Assembly: GCA_964438425.1 (NCBI GenBank)
Contig: CAYTKM010000002.1
Location: 92,495 to 156,494 of the forward strand
Direction: 5' to 3'
Source of the DNA: an uncultured Gammaproteobacteria bacterium
Lineage (GTDB): Bacteria; Cyanobacteriota; Vampirovibrionia; LMEP-6097
Length of the DNA stretch: 64,000 nt
The notes under the pieces were generated by a model. It ran no database searches and was not told where the DNA came from. It saw only the letters and a program-made list of their open reading frames with translations. Positions 1-10,400 of this stretch are shown here, one piece after another. Position 1 is the first letter of the stretch. Every line of letters starts with the position of its first letter. The position numbers and the translations under genes are program-made.

Positions 1-1533
1 GCAACAGATGAGGCTAGCGGTATAAGTTCAAGCGAGCTAGGTAATATAAATGATAGACCTGCTGAAATTCATCACCTGTCTCAACCTCCTCAAGAGCCAG
101 AGCATAGACCAGAAAGGTCAGCAGAGCAACTTGAAGCTGAAATGACAGAACTCATTACTAGTGGTCGACTCGAAAGTGCTGCTATAGAAGCTTTCTATGA
201 TGGTTTAAGTGCAAGTGAAGCTGACACCTTTACTCAAATAGCTGCTGAAACCCTGACGAGAATAAGTAATAATTGGCGTTCAAGAGCTTTAAGCGAAGGT
301 AATTTAAGCACTTTTAATGATGCTTATCATAGTACTCGCGCGCAAAGATTGCTGGAAGCTAGAATGAGAGATAATTCAAGCTCAGTTAATGATAATCTTT
401 TAACTTCTAGAGTCCCTCCAGTAAGTAATTTTAGTGTACCAACTTTCATAGGTGGTGATCGAATTCTCTCACCAGCTAGATTTAATAGAATCATTACTAC
501 AGCAGGCGAACTATTTCGAGCGGATACTAATGAAGTTAAGGCTTACACCGAAAAGTCAGTGACCTTAGATGCAAGTGGTCTAGCTAAGGCTGCCAAGCAA
601 ACTTTAGCAGAGTTCAATGATAAGCAACTTAGTATAAATCTAAAAGTTTCAAACGCAGAGAGTATGCATCATCGTACAAATAATAACAGTATGCAGCCTG
701 CACCAGAAGCTGTGCTAACTGAATTTATTAAAGATCATGAGCTGGATATGAATGCTGCTAGCTCTGAGCTTTTTGTGATAGATGACCAGCAATTGAAAAA
801 CTTACTGACTAAGACAAATACCTCTGAAAAGAAAGTACAAAACTTATTGAAAGTTAATTACCTGATGAATCAAGCTGAAGCTAATTTGGGTCAAAACAGT
901 GGCTACAGAAGAAGTTTAATACGTGCAGAAAGATTTGATAAAGAAGTAATGAACTTTACTTTTGGAGAAAAAATTCAAAATCTAAAATCTGATCTTATAA
1001 CTAAAATTAGAGATCTTGAAGATAAGGGAATAAATATTATTCACGCTTCAAAGGCTAGGTTTAAGGTCTCACTAAAACATAAGCCTGAAAGCCAATTTTT
1101 AAATTCAAATAGACTGAAAGTTTTAAATGAAGCCGAAGAATTATTTGATAGTAGAGAAGAGCTGAAGAGACTTAAAAAAATTACTGGGATTATTAAAAAT
1201 ATAGATTACGATCAGACTGGGAGTATCACTGAGAAAAGTCGAAAACATATAGAAAAGACTTTAGGTTTTGATGAGCTCATTAATATTGAAAATATGGTGA
1301 AAGAAAACGTTGCCCAAGGGCATGTACGAACTATCAGAGAAGCGTCTGCTAATTACGCAAAAAAAGTCGGCTCAGATGTTACTAAAGCACCCAAATACTG
1401 GCTATTAAAAGGTGTTTCAAATAAAAGAGATGATCAGGCGTCTGCTGCTGAAAAAGAAGCTCAGATTATAGCTTTAGTGCCATTCTATAAAGGTGTGCAG
1501 CCTAGTTTGACTAAACTTTCCGAAATAAGCTAA
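1..1533 (+). CDS. hypothetical protein, 5'-truncated by window edge; paralog of downstream ORF
   Basis: Frame is open from base 1 (gca aca gat gag...) into the listed ATG at 142. Shares K[YF]WLL...AL[VI]PFYKG C-terminal motif with 1633..2463. Confidence 0.75.
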   Translation, partial: ATDEASGISSSELGNINDRPAEIHHLSQPPQEPEHRPERSAEQLEAEMTELITSGRLESAAIEAFYDGLSASEADTFTQIAAETLTRISNNWRSRALSEGNLSTFNDAYHSTRAQRLLEARMRDNSSSVNDNLLTSRVPPVSNFSVPTFIGGDRILSPARFNRIITTAGELFRADTNEVKAYTEKSVTLDASGLAKAAKQTLAEFNDKQLSINLKVSNAESMHHRTNNNSMQPAPEAVLTEFIKDHELDMNAASSELFVIDDQQLKNLLTKTNTSEKKVQNLLKVNYLMNQAEANLGQNSGYRRSLIRAERFDKEVMNFTFGEKIQNLKSDLITKIRDLEDKGINIIHASKARFKVSLKHKPESQFLNSNRLKVLNEAEELFDSREELKRLKKITGIIKNIDYDQTGSITEKSRKHIEKTLGFDELINIENMVKENVAQGHVRTIREASANYAKKVGSDVTKAPKYWLLKGVSNKRDDQASAAEKEAQIIALVPFYKGVQPSLTKLSEIS

Positions 1534-1632
1534 TTAGATTGTCGCGCTAAAATTCGAGTGCTAAGTTGAAGAGATTATTATATTTCATTAAAATACTAAG
1601 TTTATTATCTTGAAAATGTTATCGTTTGTTAT

Positions 1633-2463
1633 GTGAATAATGGGTTTTCAAATTTACGCATAGCATTTAATCGTTTATTTAATGGTATTACACCGAGAAG
1701 AGCTGCAGGCACTAATGCTAACTTAGAGGCTAGTGAAGTAGAACCTAATAGTACAGCCGATTACGAGCAGGGAAATCGCGAGCGACCTGATGGCACTATT
1801 GAGATATCTTCGGCACCTGTAGAAAACTATGACTTATTAGTTCATGGCTTATTAACTGGTGGTAGCACATATCCAACAACATTTTCACCTGCGTATAATA
1901 GAGTTGCTAATGATTATGGAGTAGACTTTCATAGCCAAGATTTAAATATTAAAGCTAGTGATATTAAAACGGCTTTTAAAAACACATTTGATTATCTAAA
2001 AGACTCTAACCAATTGCAATCTGCTGAAAATATTAATTTCAGTTTAAGACCGAAACCAGCTCATGTAGTAGCAAGCTTCATTCATCAGCAAAGCGTACCA
2101 CCTAAAGTCTATATAATTAATGAGGAGCAAGCGCAAGGTCTTGTAAATCAATTATCTAAAACAGGTAACACCGAGGCTTCAGCTGAAAATATTAATTTTA
2201 ACGCTGTAAAAGTCACTTTGTCTCAACCTGATGATAAAGATAAATTAGCTAAAAAGCTTGAACAGGTTGAAATTGCCTATAATCAAGATACTAGTAATAA
2301 TAAGCTAGATAACCAGCCCGCTAAATTTTGGTTGCTATTAAATGATCCTGATTATTTAGGTAAGTCTAGGCAGATTGAAAACGGTGGCTCATTAGATCAA
2401 GCTGAATTAACTAAAACCCTTGCTTTAATACCATTTTATAAGGGTGGTTGGACGGAGCTGTAA
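1633..2463 (+). CDS. hypothetical protein, paralog of upstream ORF
   Basis: 276-aa ORF with GTG start. C-terminus KFWLL...ALIPFYKG matches upstream KYWLL...ALVPFYKG. Confidence 0.75.
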   Translation: MNNGFSNLRIAFNRLFNGITPRRAAGTNANLEASEVEPNSTADYEQGNRERPDGTIEISSAPVENYDLLVHGLLTGGSTYPTTFSPAYNRVANDYGVDFHSQDLNIKASDIKTAFKNTFDYLKDSNQLQSAENINFSLRPKPAHVVASFIHQQSVPPKVYIINEEQAQGLVNQLSKTGNTEASAENINFNAVKVTLSQPDDKDKLAKKLEQVEIAYNQDTSNNKLDNQPAKFWLLLNDPDYLGKSRQIENGGSLDQAELTKTLALIPFYKGGWTEL

Positions 2464-2511
2464 CTTGTTTCTAGTATTAAATAACTATTTATAAAAAGCT
2501 TTAATTACTTT

Positions 2512-3030
2512 CTACTCAGGAATTTTATTCTGGCAATATAAAATTAGATCAATAAATTCACGCGCTGCGCCATAGCCGCCTTTGCGATCCGTAATATAAT
2601 GTACATGTTTGAAAACACTATAATGCGATTCAGGTGGGCAGACTGATAAGCCGACTTTTTCTAAAATTGAAATATCGATACTATCATCACCGATAAACGC
2701 CACATCTTCATAGGTTAAACCTTTTTCTTCGATCAATTTATCTAAGCAGGCTATTTTATTTTCCACACCAGTGTAAATATCCGTCATTCCCAGATCTTCG
2801 CAACGAACATGTGTCTGAATACTTTCACGTCCAGAAATCACCGCTAGCTCTAAACCGAACTGCAAAGCAAGTTTAATTCCATGTCCATCCATCGCATAAA
2901 ATCTCTTAACCAGCTCGCCCTGCTCGCCTATCATGATCGAACCATCGGTTAATACACCGTCGATATCAAAAACTAATAGTTTTATATGCGCGGCTCTAAG
3001 TTGTAGTCTTTCAGATAAATTTTTAAACAT
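2512..3030 (-). CDS. kdsC: 3-deoxy-D-manno-octulosonate 8-phosphate phosphatase (YrbI family HAD)
   Basis: IKLLVFDIDGVLTDG motif I, DGHGIK, ISGR, FIGDDSID, GGYGAARE. Confidence 0.93.
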   Translation of the reverse strand: MFKNLSERLQLRAAHIKLLVFDIDGVLTDGSIMIGEQGELVKRFYAMDGHGIKLALQFGLELAVISGRESIQTHVRCEDLGMTDIYTGVENKIACLDKLIEEKGLTYEDVAFIGDDSIDISILEKVGLSVCPPESHYSVFKHVHYITDRKGGYGAAREFIDLILYCQNKIPE

Positions 3031-3226
3031 AATTATTTACCTAATACATTCTAGCTATAAAGTTACTTTGATTAAATGGTTTAGCTAGGTATTTTTCAAA
3101 TTTTATGCCTAAATTTTCTGCTTTTCATTAATTAATTATAATATTGATAAGGTGACTAACTAGTTAATATGAATTGACAAAATGTTAAGAAAAGGTTTAA
3201 AATAAAGAAAAGTCAAAGGTGATTTT

Positions 3227-4948
3227 TTGTTCGGAAACATATTAAACAAACCTAAAATAGATGCAGTTCCAGCTAGCGTGAGTGCCGCTAAGCGCAACCC
3301 TAGGGGAGCGGCTAACAACATAATGCCTATGCCTGCCGCCGCTCGAGATTTAAGTGGACGCCCAGTGGGTGCAGCTATAGCTGAGCCTCCTGTAATGCCA
3401 GCTAATACTAATGTATCTGGTGTGCCAGTCCAGATAGCGCGGGAGCAAGCACAGACACCTAGTTTCAAGGCTTTAAAAAGTATTCATGAAATCTGCGAGC
3501 ACACTACTGATAAACAAACTTCAGATGAAATACATGCTTTTTTAAAAGAATTTGGTTTAAATAATACTAAGGGTATTAAACTTGCTGCTAATACTAACCC
3601 TGGAGCTAATCAAATGATACTTAGCCTCAAAGGACCTGAGGCAGCTAAGTTTTTATTTAGTACTGAGCATAATAAACAGGCAGCTAAGCAAAAAGGTGTT
3701 TTAGCTAAATTATCAGGTGTATTTAAACGTCAGGTAGCTGACGAGCACTTTAATAAAGCTAACATGACTAAGCTTGATAAAGCTTTAGGTGATGAAGCTC
3801 TATCTAATAAAATACATGCTGGTTTAGTAAGTGATGAGCTGCGCGCTCAGATAGTAGTGCAACCGATGCAAGATGAAAATGGTAAAAGTTTTATCGGTAT
3901 TTCAGAGATTGGTATCAGCTCAGCACCTGTCTACTCTTTAGAAAAACTGGCTAATGATCCTAACCAGATCTTTATGTTAGAAGCTCTGAAAATTATTAAT
4001 ACTAAAAATGAGACTAGTTCTAATGCTGCAGTTGAAGAACCTAAAAAAGGTTTAATGTCTAAGATTTTTAATAAAAAGCCTGCTGAGCCCACAGCTATGA
4101 GTAGACTTGATCAGGTTAAAGAATCATTGATTAAAGCCTATGATAACCCTAAAGCTACTAAGTTTATCAATGCCGAGATAGATAAAGTTGAAAAAGTGAT
4201 TAAAGGTTTAACTGCTGACAAGCCTGATCTAAAAGCTCTTGAACCATATAAAAATTTCTTTAGACTAGAGCGCACGACTCAGCTAACCCTACCAGGCACG
4301 CCAGAATTACCGAATCAAGTCTCTACTCTAGTTACTGGTTTAGGTGAGGCTGAAAAAGCTAAAGAAGTTTCAGTTACTAGCCCGTTCCCGCAGCTAACTT
4401 TGCCACCAAATATGATTAATGTAGACACACCTTATAATCACCCTACAGCTCATAACCATAATGTTGATTCAACTAACCACGATGTGATTATGAATGGTAA
4501 AGGCGCTAAGGTCAACTATGACGCTAATCACACACTTTTAAATACTATCGCTGATGCTAATTTTCTCAGTCCAGCTAACCAAGATCCTAAGGCTTTCGAA
4601 AGATCTTTAGTTCAAAACTTATTTAATGGTCTTAATACAGCTTTGCAAACTGAGATGCAGACCTACCCTAAGTTTCAGCCAGTTTTAGAAGGTGAATCTC
4701 TAAGAACTATTGAAGAAACTAAAGCACTTGACGGTTATAACCGTCAAGTTAATCAAGGTAAACCATTAACAGATGGGCAGCTAGCTGCTATGCAAAAAGG
4801 CAGTAAAGATGGTACCTTAGCTAAAGTAGAAGGTGATTTGGAAGAGAAATTGAATGCTGAAGAGCAGGCTTTGCAAGTGTCAGCTGAACCTGAAAAAACA
4901 GGTATGTTCTCTAAATTAAAGAATATGGTACCAGGCGCTAAAAAGTAA
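3227..4948 (+). CDS. hypothetical protein with Pro/Ala-rich N-terminus and three basic amphipathic motifs
   Basis: 573-aa ORF with normal codon usage and no recognisable domain. Start codon uncertain (TTG). Confidence 0.7.
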   Translation: MFGNILNKPKIDAVPASVSAAKRNPRGAANNIMPMPAAARDLSGRPVGAAIAEPPVMPANTNVSGVPVQIAREQAQTPSFKALKSIHEICEHTTDKQTSDEIHAFLKEFGLNNTKGIKLAANTNPGANQMILSLKGPEAAKFLFSTEHNKQAAKQKGVLAKLSGVFKRQVADEHFNKANMTKLDKALGDEALSNKIHAGLVSDELRAQIVVQPMQDENGKSFIGISEIGISSAPVYSLEKLANDPNQIFMLEALKIINTKNETSSNAAVEEPKKGLMSKIFNKKPAEPTAMSRLDQVKESLIKAYDNPKATKFINAEIDKVEKVIKGLTADKPDLKALEPYKNFFRLERTTQLTLPGTPELPNQVSTLVTGLGEAEKAKEVSVTSPFPQLTLPPNMINVDTPYNHPTAHNHNVDSTNHDVIMNGKGAKVNYDANHTLLNTIADANFLSPANQDPKAFERSLVQNLFNGLNTALQTEMQTYPKFQPVLEGESLRTIEETKALDGYNRQVNQGKPLTDGQLAAMQKGSKDGTLAKVEGDLEEKLNAEEQALQVSAEPEKTGMFSKLKNMVPGAKK

Positions 4949-5093
4949 TAGCTTTTATTTTTATAAACCTTTAAATTAAAAATTTATGATTTTAGTTTAT
5001 GTCAGATTTAGATTGAAATGTAACGAAATTAAAATAGTAAACTAAAGCGTAAAAAGGCTAGCTAGATTAGCTTATAATTAAGAGTCCTTAAAT

Positions 5094-6299
5094 CTATATA
5101 CGAATTCTTGTACCTGAAGCTTTATCGAAAAAATATAAATTGCTTAAACCTACGCTTAAAAACACTTTTTGCTTGGTTTTTAGCTGATCTTTTATTTTAA
5201 TATTACTTAATTCACTGTTTTGTTTAACTACGATTATCTGCTCATTTAATTTAGTGTAGATATAACTTTCAGCACCGAAATATTCCTGCTCGATAAACTC
5301 TACTGCTAGATGTAAGGTTTTTTCTTCTACTACACTGTGAATAATTTTTTTAGATAAGCTCATTGGGGAGTTTAATTTTACTGAGACTGGCGCAGTGCTT
5401 TCTAAAGACTTAATGCTCGCAGACGAATCTATATTTTTAGACTTCTGCATAAAAAGCTCTTTAAGCTCATCTATGTTCTTAGATAATATAGTATTTAAAT
5501 CGATGCTTCCATTCGGTGCCTGCTGAGCTATTTTTAAATATTCAGGTCTGATGCCTACTGTAAAATCTTCCCCTTGAATTAAGTTGCAGGGTGGCGTACC
5601 GATAAAATTAGCTACAAAAGCATTAGCGGGGTCATTATATAAAGTTTCAGGAGCTGCTACTTGCTGAATTTCACCTTGATCTAATACTACTATCCTATCT
5701 CCTAGGCTCATAGCTTCGATTTGATCATGTGTTACATAAATAAAGATACTATCCAATTCTTGCTGTAAGTTTTTAATCTCAAGTCTAGTACTTGCCCGAA
5801 GTTTAGCATCAAGATTACTTAGTGGCTCATCTAATAAAAATAAATCTGGAGTTTTAACTAGCGCGCGCGCTAATGCGACTCTTTGTCTTTGTCCGCCAGA
5901 AAGCGCCTTAGGTTTGCGATTCAAGTATTCACTCAAACCTAGTTTGGCTGCTGCTTGATTAACTTTTTTTTTGATCTCCTGTTTACTTAGACCACTTATC
6001 ATTAGAGGAAAAGCGATATTATCATAGACAGATTTATGTGGATAAAGCGCATAATTCTGAAAAACCATACTCACATTACGTTCTTTAGGCGAAAAAGTGC
6101 TAATTAGTTGATTATTTTTATAAAGCTCACCTGAAAATTCCTGGTCTAAGCCTGCTATAACTCTCATTAAGGTGCTCTTGCCGCTACCAGAGGGACCCAC
6201 TAGTACGATAAACTCTTTATCGGCTACTTCTAGATTGATATCTTTTAAAACTGCATTACTGGCGTAGCTTTTATTTATGTTATTGAGTTTTAATCCCAC
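5094..6299 (-). CDS. carbohydrate ABC transporter ATP-binding protein (MalK/UgpC family)
   Basis: Walker A GPSGSGKST, VFQNYALYPH, LSGGQRQRVALARA, LLDEPLSNLDAKLR, YVTHDQIEA, GIRPE. Confidence 0.93.
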   Translation of the reverse strand: MGLKLNNINKSYASNAVLKDINLEVADKEFIVLVGPSGSGKSTLMRVIAGLDQEFSGELYKNNQLISTFSPKERNVSMVFQNYALYPHKSVYDNIAFPLMISGLSKQEIKKKVNQAAAKLGLSEYLNRKPKALSGGQRQRVALARALVKTPDLFLLDEPLSNLDAKLRASTRLEIKNLQQELDSIFIYVTHDQIEAMSLGDRIVVLDQGEIQQVAAPETLYNDPANAFVANFIGTPPCNLIQGEDFTVGIRPEYLKIAQQAPNGSIDLNTILSKNIDELKELFMQKSKNIDSSASIKSLESTAPVSVKLNSPMSLSKKIIHSVVEEKTLHLAVEFIEQEYFGAESYIYTKLNEQIIVVKQNSELSNIKIKDQLKTKQKVFLSVGLSNLYFFDKASGTRIRI

Positions 6300-6387
6300 T
6301 TAGCTAATTATAAAGAAAAAACTTATTTTTGGAAAAAAATTTGCTTTACATACTGTAAACTTAATATAATTTATAAGTTATAAAGTT

Positions 6388-6690
6388 ATGAAAAACTACG
6401 AACTATTATTGTTATTACCTTCTTCTTACGAAGAAACTTCAGCTAATAAACTAGTTAAAGAGCTTGAAACTAGTATCTTAAATCGTTATGAAGCTAATGT
6501 TGAAGATATTAAGATCATTGGTAAAAAGAAAATTGCTTATGAGATTAAAGACACAGCAAACACTTTCCAGGTGCAGGTAAATATTTCAGCTCCAACTGAT
6601 TCTATCGTTAAGATTAAAGAAAAGCTAAACTTACAAGATGATATCTTAAGATATGAAATCTATAATGCTAAGCAAGTTGTAACATACTAA
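6388..6690 (+). CDS. rpsF: 30S ribosomal protein S6
   Basis: MKNYELLLLL start, GKKKIAYEIK, DDILRY; directly upstream of ssb. Confidence 0.88.
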   Translation: MKNYELLLLLPSSYEETSANKLVKELETSILNRYEANVEDIKIIGKKKIAYEIKDTANTFQVQVNISAPTDSIVKIKEKLNLQDDILRYEIYNAKQVVTY

Positions 6691-6708
6691 AAAAGGTATA
6701 ATAAAAGA

Positions 6709-7137
6709 ATGACTTTTGCCAATATAACTCTTAGCGGTACTGTAAAGCACAAAGCCGATCAGCGTTTCACACCTAGTGATGTCTCTGTTGTTAGCTTCAA
6801 GATGGATATAATGCGTTACGATGGTCGTGACAAGCAAGAAAAGGCACATGAGATCACTATAAACTTATGGGGCGATGCTTACGCTGAGAAAGTTGCTGAG
6901 ATTACACCAGGTAAACAAGTTTTAGTTATAGGTAGACCTCAAATAGATCAGTTCACTGATCGTGGTGGTAATACTCAAAGATCATTCGTAGTTGAAGCTA
7001 GTAGTTTCCATTTCTTAAGTGAGCTTGCCGCTAATTCTGAAATGCCTACTAGTCAACCGAGTGCTGCTATGCCTTCTGCGCAACCTGCTGCCAATCCATC
7101 AGCTGATAATATGATGGATGAAGAAATTCCATTTTAA
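6709..7137 (+). CDS. ssb: single-stranded DNA-binding protein
   Basis: OB-fold pattern (RFTPS...WG...G.QVLVIGR) and acidic C-terminal tail DEEIPF. Confidence 0.92.
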   Translation: MTFANITLSGTVKHKADQRFTPSDVSVVSFKMDIMRYDGRDKQEKAHEITINLWGDAYAEKVAEITPGKQVLVIGRPQIDQFTDRGGNTQRSFVVEASSFHFLSELAANSEMPTSQPSAAMPSAQPAANPSADNMMDEEIPF

Positions 7138-7219
7138 GGATCACATGAACTTGTAGATTTTTTTCGATTAGAAAATTCTAAGTAATTAAGTATCAACAAG
7201 ATTTCCCGAAAACAAATAT

Positions 7220-7256
7220 AAATAGGGCGCCAGATGTCAATTTAGCGCCCTATTTT
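7220..7256 (+). terminator. rho-independent terminator after ssb
   Basis: AAATAGGGCGC-loop-GCGCCCTATTTT inverted repeat. Confidence 0.7.
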
Positions 7257-7417
7257 ATTGATGCTGTACTTCATTTTTGTTAAGTTTAAATCATCTAAGC
7301 ACTTAATGTTAATGACAATTCATGCTAGATATTGTTTAAATTTGGCTATTAGATATACTGTATTTAAATTAAAAAAATAATTTGAAAATTAAGCTTCCTC
7401 GTCAAGCAACAAACTAT

Positions 7418-7459
7418 AAAAAAGAGCCCGCAGTTATTATACTAGCGGGCTCTTTTTTT
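7418..7459. terminator. bidirectional rho-independent terminator
   Basis: AAAAAAGAGCCCGC-loop-GCGGGCTCTTTTTTT between convergent ssb and the 1423-aa gene. Confidence 0.85.
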
Positions 7460-7475
7460 ACATTTACTAAGTTTG

Positions 7476-10400
7476 TTATGAGTAACGAGTTTCATCATTT
7501 AACCATTGGTTAAATTCCCAAGTACTACGTTCAAACATTTCCATAATCATGGTCAGTATTAATAATTCCTGAACACTCTTATCCTCAACTCTAACTTTAT
7601 TTTTCTCAATAATAGAGGTTAAAGAAATGTTTTCGTCACCCTCTTCAAGAAAATCAGCATCCATAGTCTGGTTGACTTGAGTTAATTCTTTAGAAGCAGA
7701 CTTAATACCACCAGCAGCTGAATCGATATAATAGATTAAATCCTTAGTCAACTGTTCTTTTTTAACAGCATTATTTGAATTTCTAATAGTTTCGATTTGC
7801 TCTTCTAAACCTTCCTTAAAGTCTCCATACTTAGGATCCATATTATAGTTCAAGTTCTTACCTGTAAAAGCATCTTCAATAACACTAAAATCTATACCTT
7901 GGTCATTTTCAACTTCAGGATCACCATAAAGAATTTTCATGAATTCAGAATTCTCACCATCAACACCCTTGCGAGCTGCAAGTCTAAGTTTATGTAAGTC
8001 TGCTCTATAAGTACTTAAGCCTCTAGATAAACGGTTTTTATCTTTTTGAGTATCATGTAATTCTTTTAAGTAGTCATTGACAGCACCTTCAGAGTTGCCT
8101 GATACACGAGGATCTAATACGTGATCTATAATATCTATATCAGCTTTAATCGATGAAATTCCGCTCATACTACCGATAGTCTGTCTGGCGATCGACACGT
8201 CAGCTTTATCTTCAAGCCAAGCTTCGATAATAGCTTTATCGGCTAAAGAAGCATCGTCTTTATTTTCACTGATGTTTTCATGATAATCAATAACTTTTTG
8301 TAAATATTCTTTTACAGTTTTGATTTGATCAAGATTACCACCCGCTAATTTAGGTGACTCACCTACGATATCTATGATACTTTTAGATGCTTGGATATCA
8401 CGATTAGCATTTTTAAAACTTACATCATATACTTTATCGTTATCTAGCATGTAATCATCAACATAATCACGCAAACCATCAGCATAACCGCTAGCAGTGC
8501 CATCACGACCCTTAGATAGTTTATCTAACATACGTACATCATCCGATGAGGTAGTTTTAGCATCATTAATCGGTCTCATACTGACCTGACCTGACATTTT
8601 TTTATTCAAGTCGTTTAGAGTATCAGTAATATCTTTAATAACATTACCTACATCAATATTACCTATTTCAATTTTATCTAGCTGCTCAGCAATACGTTTT
8701 TGGTTAGGAATATTAGCGATATGCTCTGCTAAAGTACCAGTGAATCTTTCACCTTCACCAAACTTGTTGTTTTTAACTGTAACTTGAGAGTTACTAGCTT
8801 TAGTAAACATTTGATTCATGGTATACATCATCTGAACATAATTCTGTCTTCTTTCAGCATAATCATGTCTGTTCATGTATTTTCTTTCATGCTCTAAAGC
8901 TTTATAAAGATCAAGCATCTTGATGTTGCCACCACCTGAATACTTAATTGTATTACCGTCTTCATCTTGATAAACTTTCTCTTTAGTAGTTTCACCAGTT
9001 ACTGGATCTGTATAATCAGCAGTCCAGAATTTAGTTAACACTTTAGCGTTTTTACCCCAAGAAGTTTTAACATCACGGATAAACATACCATTGTTTACAT
9101 CTTCGTTAGTCCAACCATGCTCATCTTGACTTAAAGTCTTAGGTACACCATTTTGACCTATTTTAAATTCAGTTGTAAAATTACCTAAAATATCATCGAT
9201 AACCTCACTAGCCGCTTCTTGCATCATGTCATTGGTTCTAGTTACTTCTTTAGAAAAGTCACTAATAGAAGGATTAATACGACGCAAATCGTTAAAACCA
9301 CTAATTAATTTATCAAAGATTTGGGTAGTTTCTTCATCATACTCACCATCAAGAACATAATTACCATTTGCATCAAGAGTAATCTGCGCGAATGGATTCT
9401 TTTCCTTACTTTGATTAACTTTATCAATCATAGTTTGACCGATTTTAGCTATAACTGATGAAGTTACAGTTTCAGTTAGCATTGGTGGTGGTAGGTTTCT
9501 ACTTGCAGTAACAGAACCATCTGACTTCGGTTTAGATCTTTCTTTAGTAAAGTATCTAGAGTTTTTGCTGCTTGCGGTCATCATTTGACCAGCCATAACA
9601 ACGTTATGTGGATTTGCCATACCAACTTCTAGCTCATCGTAACTATTAAGTAAGTAATCAATCTTGAATTCATCTTCTAAATCTCTAGTATTTTGATGAT
9701 TATTGATAAAGTCTTCTACTAAACTAGCATCACCTTTACGCTCTCTAAAAGCAGTTACTTGCTCTTCAGTCATGGTATTGGTATCGTTATTTGCTGGTTT
9801 ACGATAAGATTCGAAACTCTTGCCACGTCTTTCCATATCATCAACAAAAGTCATGGCTTTATTGTAGCGGTCGAAGCGCAGCCTATCTTGGTAAGTTGGC
9901 TCAATGCCAGCTTCTTTCATTAAAAACGGATTGATTTTAATGGCAACTTTATTCTCAGAAATGTATTTATCCATTTTCTTACTATCAGAAGTGATTTCTT
10001 CAAAAGTTGCGTCATCAATATCAACCACACCATCTAAAATATCTTTAAAGATGACTTTTTTCATATAAGCACTTACATCGCGGGCATCAATAACCTGACC
10101 TTCAGCTTTATTGAGGAAATCATCATCGTTTAATTGAAAATTATTTAGTAATAGTTTACCTCTTAAATCTTTAGTAAATAGATCAGTACTTATTTCATCA
10201 TAACCCTCACTGCCCATGACATCTAATACTTCGTCAGCTAACTGATGGTTAGACTGTCTTAAACTACCAAATAATAGATTATTAATGTTTTCATTATCAG
10301 TCGCGCCGCCGCCAGTACCAAGGTCACCTGAAAGTAAATCAAATAGTGTACGGTTGTCTTCAAAGTAACGTGAATTATTAATATCGAAATTCTCGATAAA

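Noticed and set aside
7168-7181. TTAGAA-AA-TTCTAA palindrome as a member of the array family
   Set aside because: Single copy with a 2-bp spacer and no 30-bp neighbours.
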